NCBI RefSeq assembly: GCF_009914755.1
Contig: NC_060945.1
DNA length: 64,000 bases
Source: the human T2T-CHM13v2.0 reference genome, Homo sapiens
Reading direction: 5' to 3' (one strand)
In this document: positions 28,213 to 42,960 of the stretch, piece after piece
Layout: every line of letters starts with the position of its first letter
Position numbering within the stretch: the stretch's first letter is position 1
Made by a program: the position numbers and the translations under genes
Notes under the pieces: generated by a model
What the model was told of the DNA's origin: nothing
What the model saw: the letters and a program-made list of their open reading frames with translations, nothing else
Database searches by the model: none

Positions 28213-28330
28213 CAGATGCTCCCTGATTTGCAATGGAGATACATCCTGATAAACCTGTTGTAAGTCAAAACTATCATGAGTTTGCATTTAACACTCCAAT
28301 AAAGCCATCATAAAGTCAAAAAATCATAAG
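28213..28330. mobile_element. Tigger-family fragment (MER47-like)
   Basis: cagatgctccctgatttgcaatggagatacatcctgataaacc. Confidence 0.5.
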
Positions 28331-28422
28331 AATGGACGTTTTCTCCCAGCCTGCGGCTTGCCTATTTCATATCTTAATAATGTCTTTTGATGGGCAGAAG
28401 TTTTTAATTTTGGTGAATTCTC

Positions 28423-28772
28423 ATAATGCTTGGCTGTGGGTTCTCATCCAAATCTCATCTTGAATTATAATTTGAATTGTAATCCCCACATGTTGAGGGA
28501 AGGACCTAGTGGGACACGATTGGATCATGGGGGCAGTTTCCCCCATGCTGTTCCCGTGATAGTGAGTTCTCACAAGATCTGGTTGTTTAATAAGGGTCTG
28601 GTGCTACCCCCTTCTTTCTCTTTCTCTCCTGCCACCATGTAAGATGTGCCTTGCTTCCCCTTCGCCTTTGTGAGGCCTCTACAGCCATGCAGAACTGTGA
28701 GTCAGTTAAACCCCTTTTCTTTACCCAGTCCCAGGTAGTATCTTTATAGCAGTGTGAAAATGGACTAATACA
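28423..28772 (+). mobile_element. THE1/MST-type LTR
   Basis: caaatctcatcttgaatt...ctttatagcagtgtgaaaatggactaataca. Confidence 0.85.
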
Positions 28773-29172
28773 AATTCCAATTCCAATTTTAGTGAAATCC
28801 AATTCCAAATTTTGGTGAATTCCAAAAATTTTTTTCTATGACTCTGCTAACAAATGTGTCCATCCCCAAACTCATAAAGATATTTTTAAAGTTTTCTTCT
28901 AGAGGTTTTACAGGTTTAGTGTTATGATAAGGCCTATGGTCCACCTTGGAATAAATTTTTTGTATGGTATGAGGTAGGGATTGAGGTTCTTCCCTCTCCT
29001 CATATGGATTTCACTTATTTCTGCATCTGTTTTTGGAAATTTCCTTTTTTTCTCGTTGAATTGCTTTGGCATCTTTGTTGAAAATACCATTTGACCATAT
29101 AGTTGGGAACTTATTTCTAGAATTTCTATTTTGCTTGATCGTTTTTTGTCTGTTCTTTCAGCAGTACAGTCC

Positions 29173-29481
29173 TGTATTAGTCTGTTCTCATTCTGCTAAT
29201 AAAGACATATGCAAGACTGGGTAATTTATAAAGGAAAGAAGTTTAATTGACTCACAGTTCCACATGGCTGGGGAGGCCTCACAATCATTGTGGAAGGCAA
29301 GAGAGCGTATGTAGGAGAACTCAAAACCATCAGATCTCATGAGACTTATTCACTACCATGAGAACAGTATGGGGAAACCACCCCCATGGTTCAATTATTT
29401 CCACCTAGCTCTGCCTTTGACACACGCAGATTATTACAATTCAAGGTGCGATTTGGGTGGGGACACAGCCAAACTATATCA
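29173..29481 (-). mobile_element. THE1-type LTR with internal deletion
   Basis: tgtattagtctgttctcattctgctaataaagacata...gggacacagccaaactatatca. Confidence 0.85.
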
Positions 29482-32400
29482 AGTACTGTTTTGATTACTA
29501 CAGCTTTAGGTTAAAATTTGAAGTCAGGTAGTATAAGTCCTCCAAATTTGTTCTTTTTCAAAATTATTTTTGTCATTCTATGTGCTTTGAATTTTCATAT
29601 AAATTTTAGAATCTGCTCATTGATTTCTATTTTTAAAAACCATCTGGGATTTGGATTGGGATTGCCTTGCATCTATACATAAATTTGGAGATAAATGACA
29701 TAATAAGAAAATTGTCTCCCAATCCATAAACATTGTATATATTTCCATTTATTTAGGTCTTATTTTATTTCTCCACAACATCTTATAGTTTTTATTACAG
29801 AGGTATTACATACCTTTTGTTAAATTTATCTCTAAGTATTTCATATTTTGGGGTGCTATTGTAAAGAGTATTTTAAAACTTTTATTTTTAAATGCTATAT
29901 AAAAATATATGTGTATATAAAAACACATACATGTGGGTGTATTTGTATATCTATCACTACAGCTATATGTTTATATTAATGTCTATATCTATGTCTATCT
30001 TTGAGTCTCTATTTTCAGACTTGGGCAAACTCTACTCCTCAATTTGTGGAAAAATCTCAGTATTGATCTATGCATGGTAGGTGCATTTCATACATATGTA
30101 TGTATTTTTAACAATGTAAGAAGCACCCTCTATTTCACCTTCCAAACAAAAACTTAACTGACAGTAATCTATATCTAATCACATGGTTTCCGCCACTTAA
30201 GGCCTATCCCCTGGTCTCCATAGTCAAGTATTATCATCCCAAATAAATCTCTGAATTTATTGAACCTTTTCCCTGTTCACGGATTTTGTGGTGATGTTTC
30301 CAGGTTTTTGCTGTCACAACTAATTCTGTAATAAGTATTTTTGTGTGGTATATTTGGTCCAAACACTGATTATATTCTTGGGAGGTGTTTTTATAATTGG
30401 AATTCCCATGCTAAAGTACATCAAAGGGCATGAACATTTTAAGATTCTTGATATAGTTTAGCAAAAGATTTCCAGAGTGCTTGTATCAACTAACTCTTTC
30501 ACCAGCAAGACAAGAATGGCCACTTCAGAGTACCTTTGCCAAAATTTATTAAATTTTTTTAACTTCGTTAAATATAATGAGTGACACTTTTAACTTTTGC
30601 ATTATTCACATTTTATTAGACAGTGGTTTTTCCTACTCTGCAAATTTTCTATTTTGATTTTGAAATATTTGTATTTAATGATATTTAATGTATTGTGGAG
30701 AGTAACTAGCTGCACATCACATTTATAGAAAGTATTTTTCCCTTTTAATTTTGTACATGATTATACCAAGTTTTATACATGCTCCATCCTCATGACCTAA
30801 ACACCTCCCAAAAGGCCCAACACCCCAACAAACAGTGTTACAGTGGGGATTAAGCTTCCAATACATGAATTCTGGGGGACACATTCAGACAATAGCAAAT
30901 ATTAAAACTATAAATTGTATAAAATTGTATAAACACAATTTACCTATTATCTGTTAGGAAGTGTCATTGTTCTAAGGTCATCCTAGTCCTGGTCAGCCAG
31001 TCTCACATGAAATAAAATCCACCTGGCTGTGAAGCCACCTCCTTCAGCACAGTGCCATCATCCCTGCCCTCTACTTAGTGAAAAACAATGGGACTGTTAA
31101 AGCGTTGCATTGGAAAGCATTACCTACTCTTCCAGCCTGATCTGGAATAGCCTCAGACGCCCCCAGCCCCTCTCAGAATGAGGGGACTTTTTCCAGCTCC
31201 GCAGGACTGTGCAGGGCCCCTTCCCAGTGCAGCCTTGACTGTGGGGTGCGGTCCCTCTGCATGCCACTCACAGGACAAGTTTAATCAAGCCCAGTTTAAG
31301 GATCACAACCATAATGTCTACAAAACCATGATGAACTACAACCATTTGTAGTTCATTAGTTCAGAAAATCATTACTGAACTTCTGTGAACCTCCACAGTG
31401 CAAGAGCCCTTTTTGAAATGCAAATTTGGATAGATTCCCGGTTCAGGCTTACTTATATGCCAAGATAAATGAAAAGGGGATTCTTACATGTCAGTCAAAG
31501 ATGATTTCTCATCTAGCACACACCCTGAGCTTCTGGAAGTCGCCCAGTCACTCACTACGTTATTTGCCACACAGGTATTACACAAAGACCACGAGAAAAA
31601 GTCATCGTCCAAACCAGAGAAAGGAAATTGACCGGTGACCTGTCCTGGGCGCATAGCCGCATGTGATGACAGGCAGGACCCTGGCAGGGCAGAGAAACCA
31701 GCTCTGTTCAGAGGTTTCCAGACTGTAAATTTAAAGCCCTGTACAATTTCAACAACAATGAAAATTTAAGGATCAAGTGTACTGGCCTTTCAGCCTTCCA
31801 CTTTGCCAAATAAGCAAATTGAAAAAATAGTTACACTCATTTTTGCTATCATTTTATAAAAGGATATTTTTAACAGAAAAAAAGGGTAAAGAAAGTTATC
31901 TTAGAATAAAAGACAGTTTCTCAATTAAGTTCATTTGAAGTATGACAACTTGCTATACATTCCTTATTTTTCTACTTTCGTTTGCAGACCAGTGCAAAGG
32001 CTTTTATATGGACCAACCCCAGTCAGAAAGCAGGCACTTGGAAACCTCGTGTCTGTGAAGAACAAGGGGTGGAACCTCTGAAATCCTCCCCTTTGAGATT
32101 TCCCATGCATTCACACATCCTTCTGTGTGCCTTGAAAATGTAAGAAACAGATGTGGGCAAGAGGCAGCCAGAAGACTCCGGCACAGGCCCTGCAACCTAT
32201 CTGCTCACATCCTGCTTGGGAGACATGTCAGCGATAAACTCCAGGAGTAGTCACGAGGGCTGACAGGGGTTCCTGCCCGGCTCTGCATCCAACAGCCTGG
32301 TGGAGCCTAGGCTAAGTCTACAAAAATACGGAGCTCAGAGCTCCTACCTAGATTTCTTTGCTTTATTCAGGCAGAATTGACAAATTAAAAGGTATGTATT

Positions 32401-32639
32401 TAAGGTGTACTACTTGATTATTTGAAATACATGTACACAATTATGCTAATTAACATATCCATCGCCTCACAGTTACCTTTTTGGTATGTGATGAGAACAC
32501 TCAAGATCTGACCTCTTGGCAAATTTCGTGTACAACACAGTATTGTTCATTGCAGTCACCACGCAGGACACTAGATCTCCAGAATTTAAGTTACGTTTTG
32601 ATTGATTAGGTATGAGTTGGGCCTAACGATAGCATTTTA

Positions 32640-32948
32640 CTCTTTTTATTCTTTTTTCTTTTTTTTTTTTGAGACAGGGTCTTAACTGTCACCCAGGCTG
32701 AGTGCAGTGGCACAATCATGGTTCACTGCAGTCTCAACTACCTGGGCTCAAGCAATCTCCTACCTCAGCCCCACAAGTCGGTGGGACTATAGGCACACCA
32801 TCACGCTTGGCTCATCTTCTATTTCTCATAGAGACAGGGTCTAACTATGTTGCCGAGGCTGGCCAGGAACTCCTGTACACAAGTGGTTCTCCCGCCTTGG
32901 GCTCCCAAAGTGGTGGGATTACAGGCTTGAGCCACTGCACCTGACTGG
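32640..32948 (-). mobile_element. AluJ
   Basis: polyT followed by a reverse AluJ body. Confidence 0.9.
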
Positions 32949-33194
32949 ACATTTTACTCTTTATCACAGCATTAGATACACATGGTCTAAAATATCACAA
33001 GGCTTATAATGGAAACAACTAGCCCCTGGCTCTGCCTACCCCACGCTGCTCATAGCCATGAGATTACGACCACCAGTGCACTTAGTGATGCTTTTGGGAA
33101 TTCACTTCTATGCTTGTTAATAACATGCTCATAGGGCTAGATCCTGATCCTCCATTGAGCACATTAACCTTGGGGATCTGCAAAACCATGGCTT

Positions 33195-33780
33195 CTCCCC
33201 ACTAAAGATGTCCATGTCCTAATCCTGGGAACATGGGATCCTGTGAACATGTCACTTTCCATGCCAGAAGGGACTTTGCAGGTGTGATTCAAGTAAGCAT
33301 CTTGAGATGGGGAGATTTTCCTGGATTATCCAGCCTGGTCCAATATCATCATAAGGGTCCACATGAAAGGGAGGGATTATCCAGCCTGGTCCAATATAAT
33401 CATAAGGATCCATATGAAAGGGAGGGATTATTCAGCCTGGTCCAATATCATCATAAGCGTCCATATGAAAGGGAGGGATGAGAGTGGAGTCAGAAAAAAG
33501 AGAGGTCGCCGTGGAAGCAGAGGTTGGAACAATTCACTGTGAAGACAGAGGAAGGGGCCAAAGCCGAGGAATGTGGTGGCCTCTGGAAGCTGGAAAGGGC
33601 AAGGAAGATTCTCCTCAGAGCTTCCAGAAAGACAACAGCCCTGCCGACGCCTTTGATTATAGCACAGTGAAGACTCATTTCAGACTTCTGAACTCCAGAA
33701 CTGCAAGGTCACAGTTGTGTTGTCTTAAGCCACTGAATGTCCGGTAATGAGTTACAGAAGCAACAGGAAGCCAATACAGC
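33195..33780 (+). mobile_element. MLT1D-like LTR with an internal 51-bp triplication
   Basis: aaagatgtccatgtcctaatcc...gactttgcaggtgtgatt...gcaacaggaagccaataca; repeat at 33323-33475. Confidence 0.82.
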
Positions 33781-34199
33781 TCTTTAATACTCCCCCAAAT
33801 TACCACCCTGTTGCCCCAACAAACATTCGCTTCTCTTTCTTCATCTTCCCAATGTTGTTTATCTGGGTCTTCAGAAAGTCAATACTATGATTATGTAAAT
33901 ATTTTCCACTGAGCCACATCAAGAAATAAGATTGCATTTCTGTCTCGTACATGTGTATGTTTTCAAGCTTATAATTACTTTGGATTTTCCCCGATGCACC
34001 TCTGGCTAATTTTCAACAGCCACAATTTACTTGTAAAACGCTTTCTCAATTCTATTTTCCGCACAGCTTATATATCAAAAAAAAAATTCAGTTCATGTTT
34101 TTCCTGGAGGAATGCCTCCGGGAAACCCTGGTCTCCCAGCTTCCACCTGGACTGATGGCTCCCTGGGTCCCCTGCATGGCTGCCAGCCTGACAATCCCT

Positions 34200-35100
34200 T
34201 CTGTCCTGCTCTGCTTCACTGGTTTCGCTGCTGAGACTCCTCTTTCTTGGTTTTCTCTTATCTTGGACGAGCATGTGCCCAGTAACTGCCTGAGAAAGGG
34301 TGCAGACAAGAAACGTTTCTTGAGATCTTGAGTGCTTGAAAATGCCTGTATTTCATTTTCAAAATTGATCAGTAGTTTCATAAGCCAAGAATTCCACATT
34401 AGAAATTTGTTGCCCTTCCAGAATTTTGAAGGCCCTTGTCTTCTAGCTCCCTGTGTTGCTGTTGAGAATTCTAAGGGCCTCCTGATTGCTGATATTTGCT
34501 AAGTGGCCTCTGTGTTCCTCTAGAAGCTTCTAAGGCCTTCTCTTTATCTCTGCTGCAGTGATATTCCATGATGATTTGCCTTGGCCTGAGCATCTATCAG
34601 GAGATTTATGCCACTTAGCTCTAGGGAATTTTCTTGCATTTTAAAAAATAACTTATTCTCTATATATTTTTTTCCTTTTCTCTCTTTTGGAATTCCTGTT
34701 TGTCAGGAGTTCAACTTTCTTCTCTTGTCTTTTCATCTCTCCTCTCCTATTGTTGGTTCTTCGGCCTTTTGCGGTATTTTTTTTGGCAAAAATTCTCATT
34801 GTTATCTTCTAATCCTCCTGTAGAATTTTGTTTCAGCTCTGTCCTCTTTCCTGCCCCTAATCCTGGAGCTGTGAATGTTCCTGCTAGGAGCCTGATCTTG
34901 AATCACAAGTATACAGCTCCTCTTAAGTCCTAGAAGGTTTTAATTGTGGGTTTGTCCAGAAAGTTTCCCTCTGCTCCCTGAATTGCCTGTTTTCTCTGAG
35001 ATCCTTTCTGTCTTGTCTTTAGTTTCTGTTTGTCTGTGTTAGAGGGCTTCCTGTCTGGTGATCCTTGGCTATCTATTCATAGTTAAGAGTGAGACACTAA
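34200..35100 (-). mobile_element. Highly degraded L1M fragment
   Basis: Antisense L1ME-like motifs (ttctagctccctgtgttgctgttgagaattct). Confidence 0.45.
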
Positions 35101-35811
35101 AATATTTATCAGAAACTGGTGTGCTGGGGCAGGATTTGCCTGTGCAGTGAGAGGCGAAGTACATGTTCAGAGGAGCCCACATTGTTAGCATCTGGAGCCT
35201 GTCCTCTGGGTGATGTTGTCCTCAGAGGTCATCTGTTTTCCTGCTTGCTGGTTATAGGTTTGGCTATGGCTGCCCTGGAGCAGGGATGGGGAAGGGGCCA
35301 GAAGTCCACCATTCAGTGTGCACAATTCATATCCCCACCTCACCCTGCACTGGAGTGCCAGCTGCCTCGATTTCCCAGAGGATCACCCTCGAGTCTCTCG
35401 TGGGATCAAGGAGCTAGTGTCTGCCTGAGCAGCAGATCTAACAACCCTTGGACAGCATTCAATAACCCACCTCTTGCCAACCCCATCTCATCCCAACCTT
35501 TCAGAGGGCCTGGAGTCTGATTCCGGAGCCTCTCGGGTGGATCCTCAAGGTCTTCTGCCTGCACCTCTGACTGCAGACACTCGGTAGCCAGCTTCCTTCC
35601 CTCTGCTAAGTCACCGCCCACCCATGGCTGTGTCTGCTTTCCTCTTCAGACATAACTCACATTGTCATTCATCTTATTTAATCCCCAGTCCTGGGCTCCT
35701 CATCCTGTAAGGTTCCCTGTTTTCATGCTTTTACTGACATTTTAGGGGGGGTGGGCAGAAAAGTAATGAAAGTACATGTACCACCGGCCATGTTTAAGCC
35801 TCTTCTGCCTG

Positions 35812-36141
35812 GGCTGGGCATGGTTGTTCACGCCTGTAATCCCAGCACTTTGGGAGTCCGAGGTGAGTGGACCACCTGAGGTCAGGAGTTCAAGACCAGC
35901 CTGGCCAACATGGTGAAACCCCGTCTCTACTAAAAAATACAAAAATTAGCTGGGAGTGGTGTTGGGCGCCTTTAATCCCAGCTACTTGGGAGCCTGAGGC
36001 ATGAAAATCACTTGAACCCGGGAGGCAGAGGTTGCAGTGAGCCGAGATCAGGCCACTGTGCTCCAGCCTGGGTGACAAGAGTGAAATTCCATCACCAAAC
36101 AAACAAACAAACAAACAAACAAAAAAGCCCCCCAAAAAACA
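35812..36141 (+). mobile_element. AluSx with (CAAA)n tail
   Basis: Full Alu; TSD aagcctcttctgcc/aagactcttctgcc. Confidence 0.95.
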
Positions 36142-36379
36142 AAGACTCTTCTGCCCATGCCTGTCAGATACTGAAGGAAAAACGCAAAGCACCTTCCAGG
36201 AAAGCTGAGTCACAGAGGTGCACAGAGCCAACCCAGGAGCTTCTCTTTCTCCCACAGCATGCACCCATCCCTAGCAAGTCCTGCCAGCTCTGCTCTAAAC
36301 AGGACCAGGCTCAAAGCTCATCTCTTCACCTCCTTCACTACCTTCCCTACCATTCGTCTGGGATTCCTGCAGGCACCTC

Positions 36380-36770
36380 TGACTAGACTGCCCTGCTGTG
36401 TCCTCTTCAGTCTACTCTCAGAAATTAGACTCAGCTGGAGAGATTCCTGTTAAAACAAAAGTCAGATAATATGACCCCTTCATTCTAAACCTTCCGACAG
36501 CTTCCCATTTCACTCATGACAATATCCTAAGGCCTTACCATGAACTGCAGAGTCAACACAATCTTTCCATATCACCTCCTACTCCTGGCCTCTTTGCTTA
36601 ATCTGCATCAGGCACACTGAACCCCTTGCCATTTCTCACACACACTGAGTGTGTTCCAGCCCCAGGGCCTTTGCACTTGCTGCTCGATCCCCAGATACTC
36701 CTATGATCATGTCTTCACTTACTTCCATGCTCAGCTGAAATGTTACCTTATCAGAGAGACCTCCATTGTT
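36380..36770. mobile_element. L2 fragment
   Basis: cccagggcctttgcacttgctg...tcagctgaaatgttaccttatcagagag. Confidence 0.6.
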
Positions 36771-37574
36771 TTATCAATCCATTTGCAGCCTGAAAAAGTC
36801 TGATTGTGATTCCTGGGTTCCAAACACCTTGATCCTTCAGCTGCTGATATTACAATCAGAAATTAATACTGGTTATTGGTATTCTGACTTCTATTTGGAA
36901 TCCATGAAGATCCCTAGGCCAACACTTCTCAAGCTTTAACGTGCATGTGAACCAGAAAGATGCTAGCCAGTGCTTCTTAGACTTTTACATACAAAGGAAT
37001 CACTTTGAGAGCTTGCCAAATGCAGATTAAGACTCAGCAAGTTTGGGACTAGACCAGAGGTTTGCATCTGTAACACGCGCCCAGGTGATGTTGAGCCTGC
37101 TGCTCCCCAGCTTACCTTTTGAACGACAAAGTCTAGACCAAGGTGAGGATACTGTCCCTCTCATCCCAGACACACAAGAGAGGCTGGGCCTTCATCCCTC
37201 CCATCCCCACCTGTGGGCAAGTTACTCCATCAGCCAGAAGATGGTCAGCTCTTACAGCCTCAGAGGTCTAATGATGCAACAGCTGCAGCACCTGCTCCCT
37301 GGGTGCCCGCCTGTGGGGTGAGTCAGCGGCTGGACTGAGATGACAGCTCATGAGCATGTCTCCTGGGACTGTGCCTGTGGCCTGGGCTTGGGCCAGACTC
37401 CGTCAGCAACTAAATGCACCTGGAAGGCTCTCCTCAGCTCTGCAAATCCCACCAGCTGCCTGACCTGCTTTCCCCAAGCCCTACCACTCCTCTCGCCTAC
37501 TCTTAACTGCCTTCGTCACCCCAGTTAGGTCAAATGGCATTCTCTTCAGAATGACCTCTACCATCTGTTGAGAC

Positions 37575-37770
37575 TCTGTTATCTGCCAGGCAGTGTTGCA
37601 GGCATTTCCCTTGCATCATTTGATTTAACTCTCATAAGTGTGCTATGGGATGACTGTTATTACCTTCTTTTAAGATGAGGAAATGACACTGCAGTGACTA
37701 TAACTAATTTGCTCAGGATCACAAAGCTGGGAAGTGATGGAGGTGGGATCCCAGGCTGGCTCTCTGATTC
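37575..37770. mobile_element. MIR
   Basis: gatgaggaaa...aactaatttgctcaggatcaca. Confidence 0.6.
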
Positions 37771-38129
37771 CATCTTGGGCAGGGGACATCACATCTGTGC
37801 CACCACCCTACTTGTGGTCTACCAGGCTCCACCACCTCCATTATCTTAGTGGACAGGTGGAGAAGCACCACCTCATCTTTGTGGAGGGAAATGCTGTACT
37901 TCAGCTTCCTTCATCCTAACACCCAGGGAAAAGGAAACATCCCAGTCCCATCTCAGCTAGCTTTCCTGTATTACCTAATATAAGATGGGATAATAACTGA
38001 GACTCCCAGGTGAAGGTCACAGCCCAGGGACACAGGCTCACTAAAAACCTGAAACCTAATCATTGGACTCTATATAGAATGATTCGCCTCCCCCATTTCT
38101 GCCCAGCACATCCGCAGTGCTCTTTTGTA

Positions 38130-39835
38130 GTAACTGGAACACAATATAAGCTATATGTCAGTGAGCTTGAAGATATATGAATAGAAACTTCTCAAACTGA
38201 AAGACAAAGGGAAGAAAGACTGAAAAAAAAATGGAGCACCATGTTTAAAAATGGCAGGACAATTACAAAAGGTGTAACATATATGTAATGGGAATACCAA
38301 AAAAGAAGAAAGGGAGAAAGGAACAGAAAAAAATATTTGAAGTAATAATGACTGAGAATTTTCCAAAATTAATGAGACACCAAACCACAGATTCAGGAAA
38401 CTAAAGAGAACACCAAGCAGGATGGATATTTTAAAACGTATACCTAGGTATATAGTATATATTCAAATTGCAGAAAATCAAAGATGCAGAGAAAATAATG
38501 AAAGAATTCAGAGGTGGAAAAAAAACCTACCTTACGTATGGAGGATCAAGCATAAGACTACATCAGACTTCTCCTCGAAAACCATGCAAGTAAAAAGAGA
38601 GTGTGGAGTGAAATATTTAAAGGGCTGAAAGAAAGAAAACACCACTAGCTATAGATAGAATTCTGTATCCAGTGAAATTATCCTTCAAAAGTGAATGGCA
38701 AATACTTTTGCAGAGAAAGAAAAACGGAAGGGGTTTGCTGCCAGTAGGACTTCCTTGAAAAAGAAGGGAAAATGACATAGGTGAAAAACTCAGGTCTACT
38801 AAAAGGAATGAAGAGCATTCAAGAAGAAAGAAACGAAGGCTAAAATGAATAATTTCTTTTTCATATTTTATGCTAATCTAACAGTTTATCATTTTCTTCA
38901 AGATAATAATAGTAAACATGTATTGGGTGATTATAGTTTATAAATTAGTGAAATGAATGACAAAAATGTTATAAGAGATGAGGAAAAGAATTGTGAATAC
39001 TCTGTGATAACATATTCTCACTACACATGAAGTGGTATTGTGTTATTTGAAAATGGACTTGGATCAGTTTTAAGTGTATATTGCAAAATCACAGGCAACT
39101 ACTAAAAAAATTGTAAAGAAGTATAACTGATATATAATGAAAGAGGAAATAAAATGGAATCATATAAAATTCTCAAGGAAAATCAGAAAAGGAGAAAAAA
39201 GTGTAAGAGGAAAAAGAAACAGAACAAGGGAAACACATAGAAACAGTAATAAATATGGTTGATATTATATCAAATATATTAATAATTAGTTTATATGTCA
39301 ATGTTCTAAATATGTGAATTACAAGACAGACGCTAGCTGGGTGGATTAAAAAAACCAGACCTAACTGTATGTTGTCTACAAGAAACTCACTTTAACTATA
39401 AAGACACAATTAGAATACAAGTAAAGAGATAGAGATAGATATACCATGTTAATGCTGGAATATCTGTATTTATATCAGACAATGTGGACTACAGAAAAAG
39501 TATCAGGGCAAAGGGGCAAGAAGGGCGGAGTGAGCAAGTGGAGCCAGGAGGAATTTTAGGGCAGTGGAACTCTTCTATGCTTTACTGTAATCGTGCGTGC
39601 CTGACATTATGCATTTGTCAAAACTGCTAGAACTGAACAACACATGGAGTGAACCCTCACGTAAACTATGGACTTTCATGGATAATAATGTACCAGTACT
39701 TTCATCCATTTTAGCAAACGTACTGCAACAATGCAAAATGCTGATAATAATAGGGGACACTGTGGGAGGAGTCAAGGGTCTATGTAATATCTCTGCACAA
39801 TTTTTCTTTAAACCTATCACTGCTCTAAAAAATAA
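38130..39835 (+). mobile_element. Old L1M fragments (ORF1/ORF2-start region joined to a 3' end)
   Basis: aatatttgaagtaataatgactgagaattttccaaa; tagaattctgtatccagtgaaattatccttcaaa; 3' end ctctgcacaatttttctttaaacct. Confidence 0.75.
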
Positions 39836-39866
39836 AGCCCAGTTTTGTTTTGTTTTTAAAAAAAGA

Positions 39867-40362
<496 letters not shown>

Positions 40363-41129
40363 CTAATTTCATTCTGGGTAAAGGGACCATGAGCGAGTTG
40401 CTCATGGCAAAGTCCCAGAGGATGAACAAGAGGCTGTGAGTCTCGGTCTGCCAGAGGGATTCTAGGAGAGAGAAGTAGCTTAATAAGCAAAAGGTGGCAA
40501 ATATGAGCCGAAAGAAGGCCCCATCCCCTTGTAGTAGACATGCACTTCTGAAGACGGCTCAGTGGATTGGAGACTGTTCCCAGGGCCACCTTGGGAGGCA
40601 TGAGGGAAGGAGCTTGGGTCAACCTGTCATACCCAAAGCAGAGTCACCCTCACTCAGGACACTTGCTGAACAGGGACAAACCAGCTTCATAGAAAATCCA
40701 TGAAATTGTAGACTCCACCAGAAATTTTAGACTCCATCTACTTATTTCTCCTGGATTGTTACATTGAAAATCCAGGTCTCTCAGTTTAGACCTTTGGGGA
40801 GACTCTTCAGTCCTCTCCCCATCTGCTAACCTTGACCAAACACAAAGGAGAGAGGGGCTTCAGAGGAGGGTCCCTCGGACCTTGGTGGGCAGGACCCACT
40901 TTCCCTGTGCAGAAGGAAACTTGAAATCAGGAGACTGAGCCTCACCCAGGGACAGGCCCCACCGCTGTGCCCTGACAGGCCCTTGTGGACAGAAAGGGAC
41001 AGGGCGTAGCCTCACTTCGACCCTCTGGGTTTGCTGTGGGGCCAGCTGGGCCTGGTGTGGCTGAGCTCCAGAGTGCTGTCAGCCACTCCCAGTTCCCTCA
41101 TGACCTGGGCAGGGAATATAATATCACCT

Positions 41130-42095
41130 CTATCTGTGCAGTAAGCACAGCAATGTCAGGGACACTGTTTTTAGAACCTGGCTGGCTCCCCTCCCCCAGC
41201 CCAACTGATTATCTGTCCTGGTTGCCAGGCACCTGTTTGCATTAGATACAGAACACTCCGCAGGGTCCCGAGTAGGCAGTTGTGGCCCACAGGCCACTGG
41301 CAAACAGAGGCAGAGCCACAGAGGGGCTGCTCGTCCCCAAATGTCTCTCCAGCCGCTCTGAAGCTGCTGCGGGCTGCTGTGCTGGTGATGGCTGAGATCA
41401 TGAGATGAGCCCCGGGGGTCCCTGGGCATCCCTGGGAGGTCCTGGTTTGTGTTGCTGTGGTGGTCTTAGTCATTAAGAGATGACACTTTATAAAGAGGAA
41501 AAGAGCTTAGTAAAAGTGTTGTTCTCACCAGCAGGTCCATGGAGAAGGTGGAACACTGGACTAAAGAGACAGGCTGAGGAAGCCCTCAAGTCACCCCTGA
41601 TGGAGGCCAGACCTTGAATGTTACAATCCCTCTGCTTATCGACCCTTAATAAAAATCTGAGCAGGTCTTCTCTGCAGGACACAGGAGGCTTTCTGGAAAA
41701 AAAAACATGGAAAAGTGAGTCTCCTAAGCGTTCCCAAGTGATTGATGCAGGACACATCTTAAAAGGATGAAAGGAGGATGGAGGAAAACTTCAGAAGGAA
41801 ATAACACAGTTTGAATGAAAACACCTATTTTGCAGAAAGTCCGGAAGTGCTCGACCAAGAGATCGTGAGATGGGAGCAGAGAGTACAGGAAAGGAAGGAG
41901 GAGAAAGAAAGGCTGGAAACCTTTGAATGCACAAAAAAAACAGGTCATGAAAGATACCACGAGCCAACTAAAATCTCTGGCTGAAAATGTGCTGGACACC
42001 ATGCAGTTGGAAGATTTCACTAGGGACCACAGTGATGAGGGGAACTTGGAAGCAGAGCTAAAGAGGAAAGCAGAAAATGAAGAAACCACCCCCTT
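41130..42095 (+). pseudogene. Second, 3'-truncated MIA2/CTAGE5-like copy (copy B)
   Basis: Colinear with 18560-19500 (gcatccctgggaggtcctggtttgtgttgctgtgg; ORF 41923-42108 QVMKDTTSQLKSLAENVLDTMQLEDFTRDHSDEGNLEAELKRKAENE ~ cTAGE5 QVLNDKESHIKTLTERLL...DDDNLELEMNSESENG). Confidence 0.85.
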
Positions 42096-42589
42096 AAAAA
42101 TTAAGTAAATTTTTTTAAAGTTATGTGCATACATTCTGTATATACAGAAAAGATATCTAAATTGTATGCACGCAGAAGGAGCATTGCCCCCACAAGGAAC
42201 AGTTCATCCTAAATGGTGCAGATGAAGAGACTTTGACAAAGGAAGTTTCCTGAGCTGTGGGCAGGGATGAGAGCTCAGACAAAATGATGGGAAGCCTCCC
42301 AGATGCCAAGGTTTCCCACCCCCAGGTTTCAAGGGAGGAGAGAGGAAGTGATGTCATCTGAGCCCAGTGAGGCCCTGTCAAGGGACCAGGGAAAACTGCC
42401 CCCACTTTTTGCTCCCATCCTCTCATTGACTGCAGGTGCACAGGCAGCTGCCTGAAAGAGGGCCTGCGAAGTGCAAGCCAGAGGAGTTGGCCTCCATGGC
42501 ACAGAGCAGGCAGAAAACAAATTTGGAGAATGACCAGCATTCTTGGGTTTATTTGACTGAAAGTGCTTGTTTTATTGCATTCACTCACA

Positions 42590-42960
42590 TCCATTTATTT
42601 AATAAATATCCATGGAGTGTCTATCATGTCTTCTGCACTGTTCTAGGGGCTTGGGATACAGAGATGAAAAATGCCAACCCGATGAGGTCTGCAGACCACT
42701 AGAACTTACATTTTAGTGATGGGCAAGGTCAGGTAATAAAAGACAAGCAAGTGATGGGAATATGTGCTCTGCAGACATTTCCAATCCAGTGATGGGAGAA
42801 CAGGGGCTATGGGAGAGCACCCAGGAGGCAACATTTAACCTGAGATCTAAAAGTAAGAAGGAGGACCCTAGGAGGGTCAGGGGCAGAATATTGCAGGTAG
42901 AAGGTACAGGTAGGATAAGACCAGGAGAACTCTGCCTCTGGGTCCAGGGGAAGCAAAGTA
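42590..42960. mobile_element. L2 fragment
   Basis: catttatttaataaatatccatggagtgtctatcatgt...ggggcttgggataca. Confidence 0.55.

Larger units (their letters stand above)
26965..30060 (-). mobile_element. Old L1M element carrying nested LTR and Tigger insertions
   Basis: Antisense L1 3'-end and ORF2 motifs that resume on both sides of each nested element. Confidence 0.7.

Noticed and set aside
33233-33481. ORF with a 17-aa repeat / CRISPR-like array
   Set aside because: Spacer-less 51-bp tandem repeat in an LTR, in eukaryotic DNA
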